Shown in pieces: positions 49,049 to 62,472 of a stretch of 64,000 nucleotides of DNA. Each line of letters opens with the position of its first letter. Position 1 is the stretch's first letter. The position numbers and the translations under genes were made by a program. The DNA is from Eledone cirrhosa (taxonomy: Eukaryota), in contig OZ024741.1 in the NCBI GenBank assembly GCA_964016885.1, positions 81,158,001 to 81,222,000 on the forward strand, read 5' to 3'. Under the pieces are notes generated by a model. The model had not been told where the DNA came from, did not search any database, and saw only the letters and a program-made list of their open reading frames with translations.

Positions 49049-51561
49049 TTTACTCAACACCTACGACAGTAAAGAAGAACAGATAGAGACATTTAATGTA
49101 GAAGAGAACTGGGAGTTCCTAAAAAATAATTTACTAGAGGCGACGGACGAGGTCTGTGGCTGGAGTAAGACCTCAAGCAGGAGGAGAGTGACTTGGTGCT
49201 GGAACAATAAGGTAGATGAAGCAGTCAAGGCCAAGAGACAGGCATGGAAAGAATGGAAGAACGGGGGGAGCAGGGTACATTACATAGAGACCAAGAGGGA
49301 AGCTAGGCGACAAGTATACTTAGCTAGGAGGGAAGCAGAGGATAGAAAATTCAAGCATGTTTTACAACGTGAGGACCAGAAACAGGAGGTATTCAAGATT
49401 GCGAGGCAGTGTGTCAGAGATAGTTGTGATGTCATTGGAGAGAAGTGTATCCGGAATGATAAAGGTGAGCTTGCCCTCACAAGTGCTGAGAAGAAAGATG
49501 CATGGAAGAGTCATTATGATAGATTACTAAATGAGGAGAATACATGAGAAGAAGAGACCCTACCCCAAGTAGACCCTATAGAGGGACCAGCAGTACAAGT
49601 CAGCGGCAGCGTAGTAAGTAAGGCAATCAGAGATATGAAGATGGGGAAGGCAACCGGTCCATCGGGTATAGCTGCCGAGATGCTGAAGGCATCTGGGTCT
49701 GTAGGTCACACTATAACCACACGTATCGTTAACCAGGTAATACTAGAAGGGGCCATACCAAAAGATTGGTGCAGTAGCATCATTGTCAACTGCTACAAAG
49801 GTAAAGGCGATGCACTAGATAGAGGAAACTATAGAGGTATAAAGTTGATGGACCAGGTCATGAAAGTAACAGAAAGAGTTATAGCACAGCTGATTAGGGA
49901 CCGGGTGAAAATAGACGAGATGCAATTTGGGTTTGTACCAGGAAGAGGCACCACTGATGCCCTCTTACTTGTGAGGCAATTACAGGAAAAGTACCTAGCT
50001 AAAAGTAAGCCACTCTACTTGGCATTTGTCGACCTTGAGAAAGCCTTTGACAGAGTTCCACGCGCTGTAATCTGGTGGGCTCTTAGAAAACTAGGAGTAG
50101 ATGAATGGCTTGTGAAAGCGGTACAAGCCATGTATAGGGGAGCAGTCAGCAAAGTTAGGATTAGCAATGAGTATAGCGAGGAATTTAGCGTACAGGTTGG
50201 GGTCCACCAGGGCTCTGTTCTTAGCCCTCTCCTGTTCATCATAGTCCTGCAGGCAATAACGGAGGAGTTTAAGACCGGATGCCCATGGGAACTACTGTAT
50301 GCTGATGACCTCGCACTCATAGCTGAATCTATGGTAGAACTAGAGAATAAATTCCAAACCTGGAAGCAGGGACTAGAAAGAAAGGGTCTCAAAGTCAACA
50401 TGACAAAGACTAAGGTCCTTGTAAGTAGACGAGAAAACAGAACCCAGATCCCCTCAGGGAAATGGCCTTGCTCAGTATGTAGGAAAGGTGTAGGTAGGAA
50501 CTCCATTCTCTGCCCCAAATGCAAACAATGGGTACACAAGAGATGTAGCGGGATCTCAGGAAGCTTAATTAAGAATGTAGGATTCACATGCAGCAGCTGT
50601 GCTGAGACAGCAAACAGCAAACAGCCACAGGAAACAAGTACCACCAATCTCTGGGAGGGCCCTGTAGAAACAGTTGACAGCTTCTGCTACCTAGGTGACC
50701 GAATTAGCAACGGAGGTGGGTGTTCAGAAAGTGCAATAACTAGGGTAAGAACGGGATGGAAGAAGTTTAGGGAACTACTACCACTGCTAGCTACAAAAGG
50801 CTTCTCCCTCAGAATGAAAGGCAGACTGTATGATGCGTGTATCCGAACAGCGATGTTGCATGGTAGCGAGACCTGGGCGCTGAAGGTGGAAGACTTACGC
50901 AGATTAGAGAGAAACGAAGCCTGCATGCTCCGATGGATGTGTAACAATAATATACGTGAACGACAAAGCATAAATGAATTGAGAGAGAGACTGAGCATAA
51001 GAGGAATCAAATGCTGTGTGCAGGAGAGGCGGTTGCGCTGGTATGGACATGTGATGCGTATGAAGGATGATAGCTGCATAAAAAGGTGCAGAGCACTAGA
51101 AGTTGATGGAAACTGCGGAGTGGGGAGACCCAAGATGACCTGGGATGAGGTGATAAAAGCCGACCTTACCCAATTACACCTCTCAAAGACAATGACACAC
51201 GACCGTGACTTCTGGCGTCACGCAGTAATACAGAGTACCCGACCTCCCATGGGTACAAGCTGAAGCATATAGACAATATACCCCCACACCCCCCACTGCA
51301 AGGTGGTCGTGGAGGTGCCACGAAAAAAAAGCACCAAGCCCACACTGTAAAGTGGACGTGTAGGCGCCACGAAAAAAGTACCCAGCACTCACTGTAAACG
51401 AGGTTGGTGTTAGGAAGGGCATCCAGCTGTAGAAACCAAGCCAAATCAGTTCCTGTATGAGCAAGGCATGGTCAGCCGACCAGACACTGCCCACAACAGG
51501 ACAATCCGTCTAACCCATGTTAGCGTGGAAGAACGGACGTAAAACGGTGATGATGATGATG
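49049..51561 (+). mobile_element. 5'-truncated RTE LINE (second family) with an open RT ORF and a probable 7-bp TSD
   Basis: ORFs 49188-49547 and 49635-51263 are in frame, split by one TGA at 49545-49547 where the paralog has TGG; 3' UTR ends GGACGTAAAACGGTGATGATG; AAAATAT at 49042-49048 and 51562-51568. Confidence 0.96.
49635..51263 (+). CDS. RTE reverse transcriptase with an embedded PHD-type finger (truncated element)
   Basis: NYRGIKL, QFGFVPGRGTTD, FVDLEKAFDRVP, GVHQGSVLSPLLF, YADD, KTKVL, C4HC3 finger, FCYLG, RLRWYGHVMR. Confidence 0.93.
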   Translation: MKMGKATGPSGIAAEMLKASGSVGHTITTRIVNQVILEGAIPKDWCSSIIVNCYKGKGDALDRGNYRGIKLMDQVMKVTERVIAQLIRDRVKIDEMQFGFVPGRGTTDALLLVRQLQEKYLAKSKPLYLAFVDLEKAFDRVPRAVIWWALRKLGVDEWLVKAVQAMYRGAVSKVRISNEYSEEFSVQVGVHQGSVLSPLLFIIVLQAITEEFKTGCPWELLYADDLALIAESMVELENKFQTWKQGLERKGLKVNMTKTKVLVSRRENRTQIPSGKWPCSVCRKGVGRNSILCPKCKQWVHKRCSGISGSLIKNVGFTCSSCAETANSKQPQETSTTNLWEGPVETVDSFCYLGDRISNGGGCSESAITRVRTGWKKFRELLPLLATKGFSLRMKGRLYDACIRTAMLHGSETWALKVEDLRRLERNEACMLRWMCNNNIRERQSINELRERLSIRGIKCCVQERRLRWYGHVMRMKDDSCIKRCRALEVDGNCGVGRPKMTWDEVIKADLTQLHLSKTMTHDRDFWRHAVIQSTRPPMGTS

Positions 51562-52364
51562 AAAATATGTCAAGTACTCTCTTTTGAAGTCAATAAATAA
51601 AATACCAGCCCAGTACTCCTTTTCTTTTGAGGTCAATAAATAAGAACCAGCCTAGTACTCTTCCTTTTGAGGACAAAAATAAAGTGCAGTACTGTATTTT
51701 CTTTCTTTTCCACTTTGCCTCTTCAACTCACTCACTCTTTCTTTTGAAGAGATCAGCTGTATCCAGTTTTGGTGAGGGATGGGCTTTGCTAGGTATGAAA
51801 TGCACACGACAAGCCATACATCACAATGATGCCTCTATGATGCCATCACAAGTTTAAGACCCATGGATGGATAGATGGATGGATTATCAAAGGTTATTGA
51901 ATATTCCTTTTTTTATATTTTTACTTTTTAATTTTTTTAACTAAACATGGAGGACCAGAAAGCAAGGGCTTTTATAGACATGTCAAATATTTCAACAGAC
52001 ACATATACACACCCCAATTCCCAGATGGAAAACCTAATTCAGAAGGTGCAAATGAAAGCTTGATGGTTGAAAAGAATACATAGCTGCAGGTTTTGTCGTT
52101 TTGTCACGACATCCATTTTTTTTTTTTACTTAGAAAAAGGTTTATGCAACAAAAAAAAGGGGGGGGGGATATAAATGTGAATAGTAGGGGAAGGGTTGTT
52201 TGATGAGCTGTGAAGCAAATAACATTTTTTTTTCAGACAGGCATGATATCTTAAGATTAAAAGACAGGGGTGGGGTGGAAAAACTGTGGAGGGGGTAGAC
52301 CATATTGAATTGAAGACAGCAATGGTGTGGTGCCATTTCCACCTGCATCAACCCCAAATTCTTA

Positions 52365-52406
<42 letters not shown>

Positions 52407-52482
52407 ATATAGAAAACAAAGCTCGCACCTAATTAAAAATAAAACAGTAATAATAATAATAATAACAATTATTATTATTATT

Positions 52483-52680
52483 GGTGGATTAGCAGTATCG
52501 GTAGAGGGTCGGACGCCATGCTTTGCAGCATAGAGTTACGCCCCTTTGCGGTCTGAGTTCAAATACTGCCGAGGTTAACTTTGCCTTTCATCTTTACGGG
52601 GTCGATAAAATAAAGCACCAGTAATGCACTGGGATAATTGCTGGCCTTGTGCCAAAAGTAGAAACAATTATTATTATTAT
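52483..52680 (+). mobile_element. SINE family B (tRNA-like head, (ATT)n tail), best-preserved copy
   Basis: GGTGGATTAGCAGTATCGGTAG...CTGAGTTCAAAT (B box)...GAGGTTAACTTTGCCTTTCATC...GGGGTCGATAAAATAAAG...GGCCTTGTGCCAAAAGTAGAAAC; AACAATTATTATTATTA on both sides. Confidence 0.9.
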
Positions 52681-53273
52681 ATCTTCAGTAGGTTTAACTT
52701 TAATTATATTTTATTTTTTCCTTTTCTCGTTTTTTATTTTTATTCTAGAAGATTCCTTTGAAGTAATCTATAAATTTAATGTTGAATTTTTAAAATGTCA
52801 ACTTTTTATATTTGAAGAATTTTAGTTAACAGACAGGTGTGTGTGAAATATTCACTGTATATGGGGTGAATGGGGTAAAGGAGAGGTGTGTGTTCAACTA
52901 ATGCCTATGTAAATATGTGTGTGTGTGAGCATTTGCGTGTTTATTTAGCTAATGCATATGTATGAATGTATGCATTTATATACTTATGTATATATGCATT
53001 TCTATATGTATGTACATATGGGGGATAGTGTGAATGTTCATTCAATTAATGTATATGAGTTTATGTATGCTTTTATGTATATACACAAATACATATTTGT
53101 GTGTGTGGGAAACGTGTGTGTGTTCATGTGTATATACATGTTTGTATATGTGTGTTATGAGTGTGTTTCCATGATATGGGTGTTTATACGAGTTCATATA
53201 TGTGAGTTTTTGTAAGTATATATGTATGTGTGTGGGGAATGGGAGAAGTATGTGCATATATTTATATATGTGA

Positions 53274-53572
53274 AGACACATGGCTTAGTGGTTAGAGTGG
53301 TGGGCTTACAACCGTGAGGTTGTAAGTTCGATTCTTGGACCGGTTTTGCGTTGTTCTTGAGCAAGAGACTTTATTTCACATTGCTCAAGTTCACTCAGTT
53401 GTAGAAATGAGTTGTGATCTCATTGGCGCCAAGCTGTATCGGCCTATCCCTTCCCTTGGACAACATTGGTGGCATGGAAAGGGAAGACTGGTATGTATGT
53501 GCGACTACTGGTTTTCTAGAAACAACCTTGCATGGACTTGTGCCTCAGAGGGGAACTTTCTAGGTGCAAATC
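53274..53572 (+). mobile_element. tRNA/CORE-like SINE with a different 3' tail
   Basis: Same head and CORE-like block as family A; tail GGACTTGTGCCTCAGAGGGGAACTTTCTAGGTGCAA is unrelated to the RTE UTR. Confidence 0.8.
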
Positions 53573-53894
53573 ACTATACTTGTGTATGTGTGTATATATA
53601 TATGTTAACAATGCTATCAGAATAGTGATCTACATAAGCCCGACTGGCCCACTACTCATTCAAAAAGGCATAGATTTGAACGTGAACGCATAAAACCATA
53701 TCTCTGTCTTTCACAATGGTTATACTGTGCATAAACTGTAAAATCTCTCTTTTTATATATATGTGTGTGTGTGTGTAAGTAGGTTTATTTAAATTTACTT
53801 CTGGGTGCGTGTGATTTTGTGATTTGGGTGTTTATTCAACTAATGCATTTATGCGAGTTTGTGTCTGTGTGAATATATATAAATATATATATAT

Positions 53895-54188
<294 letters not shown>

Positions 54189-54309
54189 GTAAACTCATGC
54201 ATGGGGCGTCAACCACTTGGGATTTTACATATCTCTATGTCCACTCTGTATCTCCCCGTGTATCGAGTACTCCCACGAGTAGTGGTCTCTTTGGTCTCAA
54301 CCCCGCAAA

Positions 54310-54377
<68 letters not shown>

Positions 54378-54379
<2 letters not shown>

Positions 54380-54724
54380 GCACATGGCTTAGTGGTTAGA
54401 GCATTGGCCTTGCAATCGAAAGGTTGTGAGTTCAATTCTCAGACCGAGTGATGTGTTGTTTCCTTGAGCAAGACACTTTATTTCACATTGCTCCAGTTTA
54501 CTCAGCTGTAGAAATGAGATGATAGGGACTGGGGTCCCTATCATTTCACTGCAAAGTGGTCGTGTAGGCGCAACGGCAAAAAAAACCCACCCACCACTCA
54601 CTGTAAATGAGGTTGGTGTTAGGAACGGCATCCAGCTGTAGAAATCAAGCCAGAATCAGTTCCCGTCACACCCTTGCAAGCAGGGAAAAGTGGACGTATG
54701 ATGATTATGATGATGATGATGATG
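54378..54724 (+). mobile_element. SINE family A, full length
   Basis: Matches 35519-35865. Confidence 0.93.
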
Positions 54725-57700
54725 ACATTCACATGTATTTATGTATGTGTAACCATGTGTATGCATATATATATGAAAGTGTGTGAGGGTGTATGTGAAT
54801 TAATGTATTTCTGTGTGTGTATGCATGTATATGTGTGAAGGAGAATATGTGTGAGGATCATGTAGATATGAGTGAAGGACCATGAGTTGGGATCATATAT
54901 ATATGTGAGTGAGGGATCCTATATATGTGTGAGGAAGTATGTGTGTGTATGAGAGAGGATATATATATGGGGGAGCATGTGTGTGTGAGAGACATGTATG
55001 TATGAAGGAGTATATATGTGCATGTGAAAGAGCATAAATGGATGTGAGGGAGTATATATGTGCATGTGAAGGAGCATAAATGGATGTGAGGGAGTATATA
55101 TGTACCTCAATTATCTAATTAGTAGGTCAGTAGTCTAATTGGATCAATAACCTAATTAGGTCAACACACCAACAAGTCAATGGTCTAATTAGGTCACCAG
55201 CCCAGTAACTCAACAGTATAATTTTGACATACATTTGTACACATATACTGAACATTTATGTAATTATACCTTAGAAATAAACTATTAAAATACTATTCTT
55301 ATCTTTGTGTCAGCAACCAACATAAACTATATGTTTCTTTTATGCAAACCCCTAATTTATAATTACACTAATTTCCCAGTTTGTGTGATTGTTTACATAT
55401 CTGGTATATATGTTATACCAATCATGGACTCCAAGAATTATATATTTTAAATGCTATTGCTGTCATTATTTATGACATAGAGCTACTAGTATAATATAAT
55501 ATATTGTATAAATTCTAACACTGAACAAAGTTTGGGAGTTAATTTCTAGCTGACCTGTAAATTACCCTATACTTGGCATTTTTTATTCTCAATGTGTTTT
55601 TTTATGGAGGTGGAGGTGTTAATGTTTGGTTTCAGTTTGACTGTTGTTGTCACAAACTTGTCTTGTTGGTGAACATTGTAAACTATGTGGAATTTGATTT
55701 CAGCTTCATCAACAATGCTCCAGCACTGCATGCAATTGGTATATTGAATGCTGTTTTGTGTGTATGTGTGTACACATGTATATGTAAGCATCCATGTATC
55801 TGAGTCCCTGCATGTGAGTGTATGGATATATGTGTTCACAGGTGTGTGTGTGTGCATGTATGTTATCTTGCGTTTTTGTTTTTGCTCTTTTCTCACTGAA
55901 GACAAATAAAAGATAAAAATCAAAAGTCACAAATGGAATGAGGGAAGTAGGATGGGGAAGAAAATGGTCTAGAATTATGTCCACATATTGTGCAGCTTAT
56001 CAGTTTTGATTACTGCTACCAGGGCATAAAATAACTAATGTTGTTGCTGATAATAATGTTGTTGATGATGATATATTGAAGTTATTGTTGTTACTGATGT
56101 TGATGCATTGCCCTTGCTATTGTTGCTGCTACTGATGATGATGATTTTCAATATGAAATACCTCAGTAAGAAAAAAGAAAGCTCTATATAATGAACCAGA
56201 GGGCATCACACATAACCACCCACTCCCAGACAAGCACTATCACTTTCACACCCCAAAAATAGAAAAATGCTACTACTGCTTCTGTTACTATTACTAGTAT
56301 TATGTTTGTGTGAGTGTCTGTGTGTGTGTGTATATATATATATATATACACACACACACATACAAATATATAGACAGACATATATAAAAACTTATAAACA
56401 TGTGTGTCTGTGTGTGTGGCAACTACTGTGCAAGGAAAGCATTGACCAATGTGTGCTGGTGTGGACACATTATAAAGTGAATGAGAGAGAAGGGTACATT
56501 GACAAGTAAAACCCTGTGGTATTAAGTGATTGGTGAGTTGGTTATAGCAGAAGTTTGACATTCCCATAAGACATGTGATCTATGGACATTAACAAATAAG
56601 AGGTTAATGATAGATGCTTGAGAACATTGAGATTCAATAGTTCATAGCCATGTATTTTGTTTTTGTTTTGTTTCACAACTCCTTAAATACAAAACTTCTT
56701 AACTCCCCAACATGATTTTGACACTAAATTGTCTATTTTAAAGTCCATATAGTTATCTAAAACCCTTCCATCTTAATTTTATGGAAGAACCTTTATTAGT
56801 TATGTTCCATACCACAGCTTAATAATGACAACATTAGTTATATTATTAAATCCTAGCAGATTCTTGATTATCTTCAAAATTATTTGAAAATTTCAGGAGT
56901 TTTATATCGAATAATAATAATAATATTAATATTTGATTGGTTCGCAAGCAAACAGCCTCATAATACTAAGTGTTTTAGACAACTATCATCATCCTTTTGT
57001 TCTAGTGATAGCAGAGAGAAATAATCGACAATTGTTTTAGGATTATTGCCCCTTGTCACAAATGCATTTACGCATCCGCTATGTTAGAGAAAAAACAAAT
57101 TTTGTATTTGGAAATTATTGACAGTGGCTTTCCTTAAATGCCAAATGTCCTGAAATCTATCATAATTTTAAGTGAAGTTCCAAATGTTCTGGTTTAATAA
57201 TAAAACAGTTTATGCTAAGCTAAATTAATTGAAATATGTGCTCTGTATTTCATTAGAAATATAGTAACGAAAGGGGTAAATGTTTTTTTAAAACTATTTG
57301 CTTACATATATAAGAGCAGGTCAAGTTCTGTAGAATCACTTAACTGCACAATTTGTTGGGACGAGATTTAATCTATTTGTAACTGTGTATCTGATTTAAA
57401 ATAGATACACAGTATACCTGAGTATCGTAAGTAAATGGTTTGGTGACAGGAAGGACACCTGGCTATGAAACCTTGCCTCAAAAATGACTCCATTTCATAA
57501 GATTCACAAGTCTAGCTTTAGTGAGGGAAATGGCCTCAAGATGCTTGCTGTTGTAACATTAATCTATAAACCAAAGAAGTGGAGCCTTAATTCAGGTGAT
57601 CATACTCACCTACCCAAAATCCCCACTGACTACACCACACAATAACACAAACACTCAAGTTGTAAAAGAACATAGGCAAACACATGCATGCAAGTAAGTA

Positions 57701-58701
57701 CACACACACTGAAAAGAACATGGCCAGACATATGCAAGCATACATACACACACACATATATGTTTGACAGAACATAGCCAGACATATGCATGCAAGAATA
57801 CACACATTGGAAAGAAAATAGTGAGACACATGCATGCATGTATACATAAACACACACATGTTGTAAGGAACATAAGCATACACACAGGCATGTAGATATA
57901 CACACTTGATTTAATCAAGAGAACTAAAAAAAAAAAAAATATGTGTGCACACATACATACACACAGAATGTGAAGGACATACAATATCACACACACACAC
58001 ACATACAAAGAATAAAATGGTGTACACCGTAAAGGATACAATTTTACACAGACACACATACATATACAGACACAGTGAGAATTTAAACAATACGCAATAT
58101 CACTCACCCCACTGTCAAGAATACAACTTTACATGTATACTCACACACACATACCTCTTATATAGAATACTAAATTCAGAATAAAATTTTAGAAGCTTTA
58201 AGAATACCAAAAGAAACTTTTAGATTTCAATAATTCAACAACATTCCTCATCTATTTTTTCTTTCTTCAGGTTATAAAAAAAACAAAAAAAAAAACAAAC
58301 AAAAAAACGCTTAACACCTTCCTCCCCCCAAAGAAAGAAACCCCACCAGAAAGAAAATATAAATACTTATTTCATATGATAAGAAGATTTTCTTTTTAAA
58401 ATGATATCTTTTTTATAGTCTTTTACTTGTTTAAGTTTTAGAAGGTATTATGCATATGTCTTTAGCCTGTGTTACCTAGAAAAGTAATTGTTTATTTCAA
58501 CTTAACAGATTTTAAAGACAACATAGAAATATGTCATTCTCTCTCCAGCCTTAGTATTGGCTGTATAAATGTGCAACTATCTATCTATATCTATCCATCT
58601 ACTCACACACACACACATATATATATATATATGAGTAGATATTGCTGTTACTGATGATGATTTTCATTATGAAATTCCCCATACATACATACATATAGAT
58701 A

Positions 58702-58972
58702 TGTGGAAGCACATGGCCTAGTGGTAAGGGTGTCGGACTTATGACCATAATGTTGTGGGTTCAATTCCTGGACTGGGTTGTTATTTTGAGCAAAATGTTA
58801 CTCCAGTATACACAACTGAAAATGAGTACCAGCAATAGCTGGGAGTTTAACCCTGTGATGTTCTGGCGTCCTGTCCAGGGGGAGTATTGTACTCTTAGTC
58901 GATTGATGTCATGGAAACTGGGATAAGCACTGGCCTGATGAGCCTCTGGGCTTGAGACAGACTTTAGACTTA
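58702..58972 (+). mobile_element. tRNA-derived SINE with a third type of body and tail
   Basis: A box TGGCCTAGTGG, B box GGTTCAATTCC, then AACCCTGTGATG..CTGGCGTCCTGTCCAGGGGGAG...GAAACTGGGATAAGC..GGCCTGATGAGCC. Confidence 0.75.
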
Positions 58973-59949
58973 AACATATAGATATATAAACTAAAAATTG
59001 TAGTTGTCACCTGCAATCGAGTATAACTTGGTAGTATGTATCATGCTTTGGTTTAGGGGCCCATGCAGTCACGAACAGACACATAACACCTTCTTGGCCC
59101 TCTCTCCCTCCCTTCATCAAATGGAACATCCCAAACTGTCAAAGACGTTGTACATAAAGTATACAAAGATACCAAAATCTAAAAAAAAAAAAGGAGAAAG
59201 CTGAAGCACTTCTGGTCCTAAAACTTTCGAACAAAGGATTGTCAACCTGAGCGACTTGTATTGTCAACCTGAGCACCCAACAATCCAATCATCACTGTTT
59301 ACAAGCATCAACTCTTGGAATATGGTTGGTACTACTTAGCTTTCTAGAAAACTTGGAAGAGCCTAATGATGTCATCAAAATACAAAGCTCTCAAAAGATA
59401 TTATACAGAACATTATAGTTTTAGAACACACATTCTGTGTTTAATCTTTAGGATGCTGCATTTTTTTTATGAATTGCTTCTCTTGAAACTGTATTATGTA
59501 TTAAGATTACTCTCTTGTTGCAATATGTCACTGACAGCGTGCTGAAGGTTAATGTTGAATATATAATACTTCCACTGCAGAACATATCCTAATAATCCAC
59601 AAGTTCCCTTTGCAATCATAAGGTCCGGTGTTCAATCCTGCTCCATGACATCTTGGTCAAATGTCATTTACTATTGCCATAGGAGTGAAATTGGGAAGAT
59701 AAAAACTGTTTGGAAGCCTGTTGGCTGGACTATACCTTTCTTTTAAAGGTTTAGCCTTATTACACACTGTCATAATGAATCTCCATGAGAATTACATTCA
59801 GTTTGACATGTCCGTGGAATACTCAGCCACTTACACTATGATACTATAATTTTAGAATGGACGAATGATACACAGACAGATAGGCAGATATACAGTTACT
59901 GTTATATATATATATATATGAGAAAAGGTTCATATATATAAAAAAGCCA

Positions 59950-60151
59950 AGTAACTCCAGTGGGAGTAAGTTGCAGGCGAGAGTGACCAAGCAAGACTTG
60001 AGCTGATCTCAAATCACTGAAGCTCACAGAGGAGATGACCAAGGATTGCAACAAGTGGAGGGATGCTGTACTGAAAAACAACCACCCTACCCATTCAAGC
60101 ATAGAAAAGCAGCTATAAAACAATGATGATGATGATGATGATGATGATGAT
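59950..60151 (+). mobile_element. Degenerate RTE 3' end (family of 17890-19098)
   Basis: Aligns with ~18910-19098; (GAT)n tail. Confidence 0.75.
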
Positions 60152-60365
60152 ACAAACACAGAAACTTCCATATATAGATAAATACTACACAAGCACCCAC
60201 ACATAAAAAGTGACATAAAAAATATATTGGAATAGAAGAATGTATAAATAAAGATATTATTTCTGTCTGTGGACAAAAGTATGAAGAGTATATAGCAATA
60301 TAGTAGAGGAGTACATCAATCTGTATTGTATTGCTATAGATTGTCATGAAAATAAGACACATTTA

Positions 60366-60723
60366 ATGACAATGGACATTGTTACAATAGCTACTATGAC
60401 AATAAGGAGAACAATAATGGTGATAGTGCTGATGACAATGGTAGTGGTATTGATAATGTTACTATTAATGGTGATGGTGGTAGTGGTAGTGGTGATGATG
60501 ATAATGGTATTGGTAATGTTGTTAATGGTGGCAGTGGTCTTGGTAGTGGTAGTTGTGATGATGATGAAGGTGGTTCCGATGATGGTAGTGGTTATGGTGA
60601 CGATGATGGTGGTGATGATAATTGTGCTGATGGTGATGATAATGTTGATGGTTGTGCTGATGGTGAAGATGATAATGATAATAATGATAATAATGATAAT
60701 GATAATGTGGTGATGATGATGAT
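60366..60723. repeat. Degenerate (GAT/GGT/AAT)n repeat
   Basis: Direct inspection. Confidence 0.9.
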
Positions 60724-62019
60724 ATTTACATAAGAATATTACACAATACTGCCAGTGGCTACTGCTTGGTTTCATACCTAAATAGATCATTTCATTTGAG
60801 ATAATAAAGCTCTACATCTGTTCTGTATTCCTCAGGCCCTCTTCTACTGATATAGAGCCCTCTCAACACAAGTTGATTATTGCACCACACACACACATAC
60901 ACATATATGAGCACAGGCAAAGCCATATGTTTAAGAAGTTTGCTTGGCAATCACATGGATTTAGGTATGACACCTTAAACTAATGAAAGATGCATGCCAC
61001 TCAAACATGTTTTCATAGAGAGGTTATGTGCTCAGCAAAGCTGAACAGACCTCGTTGCACTACATTCTCTGTTTAACCCTCTTGGACCTAGGCCTGTGTC
61101 TAACTAACCCTCCACCTGGGCTCCTGAGCCAAAAAATAGTTGCATACACAACATAAGAGTAATGATTGTAGGCAAACTAATGGACTGAATCAACACAAAA
61201 AGCAGTAAATGTGTCTACTCAACCTTCACCTAGATTTACATAATCTCCACCACCCCCTATCAGTATCAGCTGTGTGATGGCCACTGAATTTGTTCACCTG
61301 AATCACTACTTTCTTCACCAGTTTCACAAGTTTCATTGTCTGAATCACTCCTTAAGGGTAAACTTGTTGAAATTATTGCTCAGTTTCATCCATAGAATAA
61401 ATATCATCAAAAATTTCTTCAACTGTAAAGAATCTAAGCCTTAGTCGTTTACTAAATGAAGTGCTGAGTTCATCACAAAAAATATATATATATTTTTTTC
61501 CAAATAAAAGGAAAAATAAACAACAGTTATAGGGGATTAAGAATGAGTCATAAACACATGTAACTTTAAATCTGCAACGTGATTGGTTGGCTATTTTTAG
61601 TATTTTATCTTTTTCTATGTCTATTGTTCATTACTGCTTGAACGGAAATCTGGTAGAGATTACATTTAAGCTATTACCGCTATAGTGGGAACACAGCATG
61701 AGAGAGTTAATCGCTAACCATTTTCCAGAATGCACTGGGTGCATTTTATCTTGGCACCAGCACTAGAGAGGTTGTTATGTGCTTGGCAAGGCCGAAGAAT
61801 CCTCTTTGCCCTATACTATCCATGTTCAATTGCTAACCACTTTACAGAATGTACTACACCTATATTAGTGAGGTTGTCCAGCCCACTGTAGACTATAAGG
61901 GACTTTTCCACTCCATGCAGTTACTGATCCTTTCCCACATTTACTATCCCCCTTTGTAAAAATGGTAGACCCATTGTTGAAGTAAGCTATGATATAGGAA
62001 GAGTTAGAAAAACTTATGA

Positions 62020-62472
62020 TGAGGTGATAATAGTTGACCTTGCACAATTGCATCTCTTGAAGGCAATGACACAAGATTGAGATCTCTGGTGTCATGCAGT
62101 AATACAGAAAACCCACCTTTCCATGTGCATGGGTTGAAGCATACATCTTGTATGCACTACCTTCCCTCCCCTTTTTCATACACCCTCACATCCTAACACC
62201 CCCTTGCACCTCCTACCTTTTAACACTCCACCCTTATCCACATAACTATAGCACCAATATTCTCTTGATAGGTGTCCACTTATCCCCATGTACTTGCTCG
62301 ACCTCAGCCCCCAGTCCACACTGTAAATGAGGTTGGTGATAGGAAGGGCATCCAGATGTAGAAACCAAACCAGAAACAGTTCTGTATAAGCAAGACATGG
62401 TCATCTAATCTGGCTTGTCTCACAGCCGGACAACTCATCAAACTCATGCTAGCATAGAAAAATGAATGTTAA
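62020..62472 (+). mobile_element. Degenerate RTE 3' end, with its tail split by a piggyBac insertion
   Basis: Aligns with ~51145-51540; ends ...AATGAATG TTAA, and ATGATGATG resumes at 63732. Confidence 0.8.

Noticed and set aside
50015-51133. Long antisense ORFs over RTE, Tx1 and maT coding regions
   Set aside because: Shadow ORFs caused by codon bias on the sense strand; no independent motifs
58465-58495. Additional minus-strand AG|GT sites (TTTTCTAG|GTAACA here; also ~47365 and ~60778)
   Set aside because: Short pyrimidine tracts or weak donors, and one lies inside a MITE; expected by chance in AT-rich DNA
58930-58965. CTGATGAGCC...GGCTTGAGAC as a hammerhead
   Set aside because: Lacks GAAA and the NUH/stem I arrangement; it is a SINE tail
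60344-60790. Thr/Ile-rich or Met/Val-rich membrane- or mucin-like ORFs (also 11282-11509)
   Set aside because: Trinucleotide low-complexity repeat
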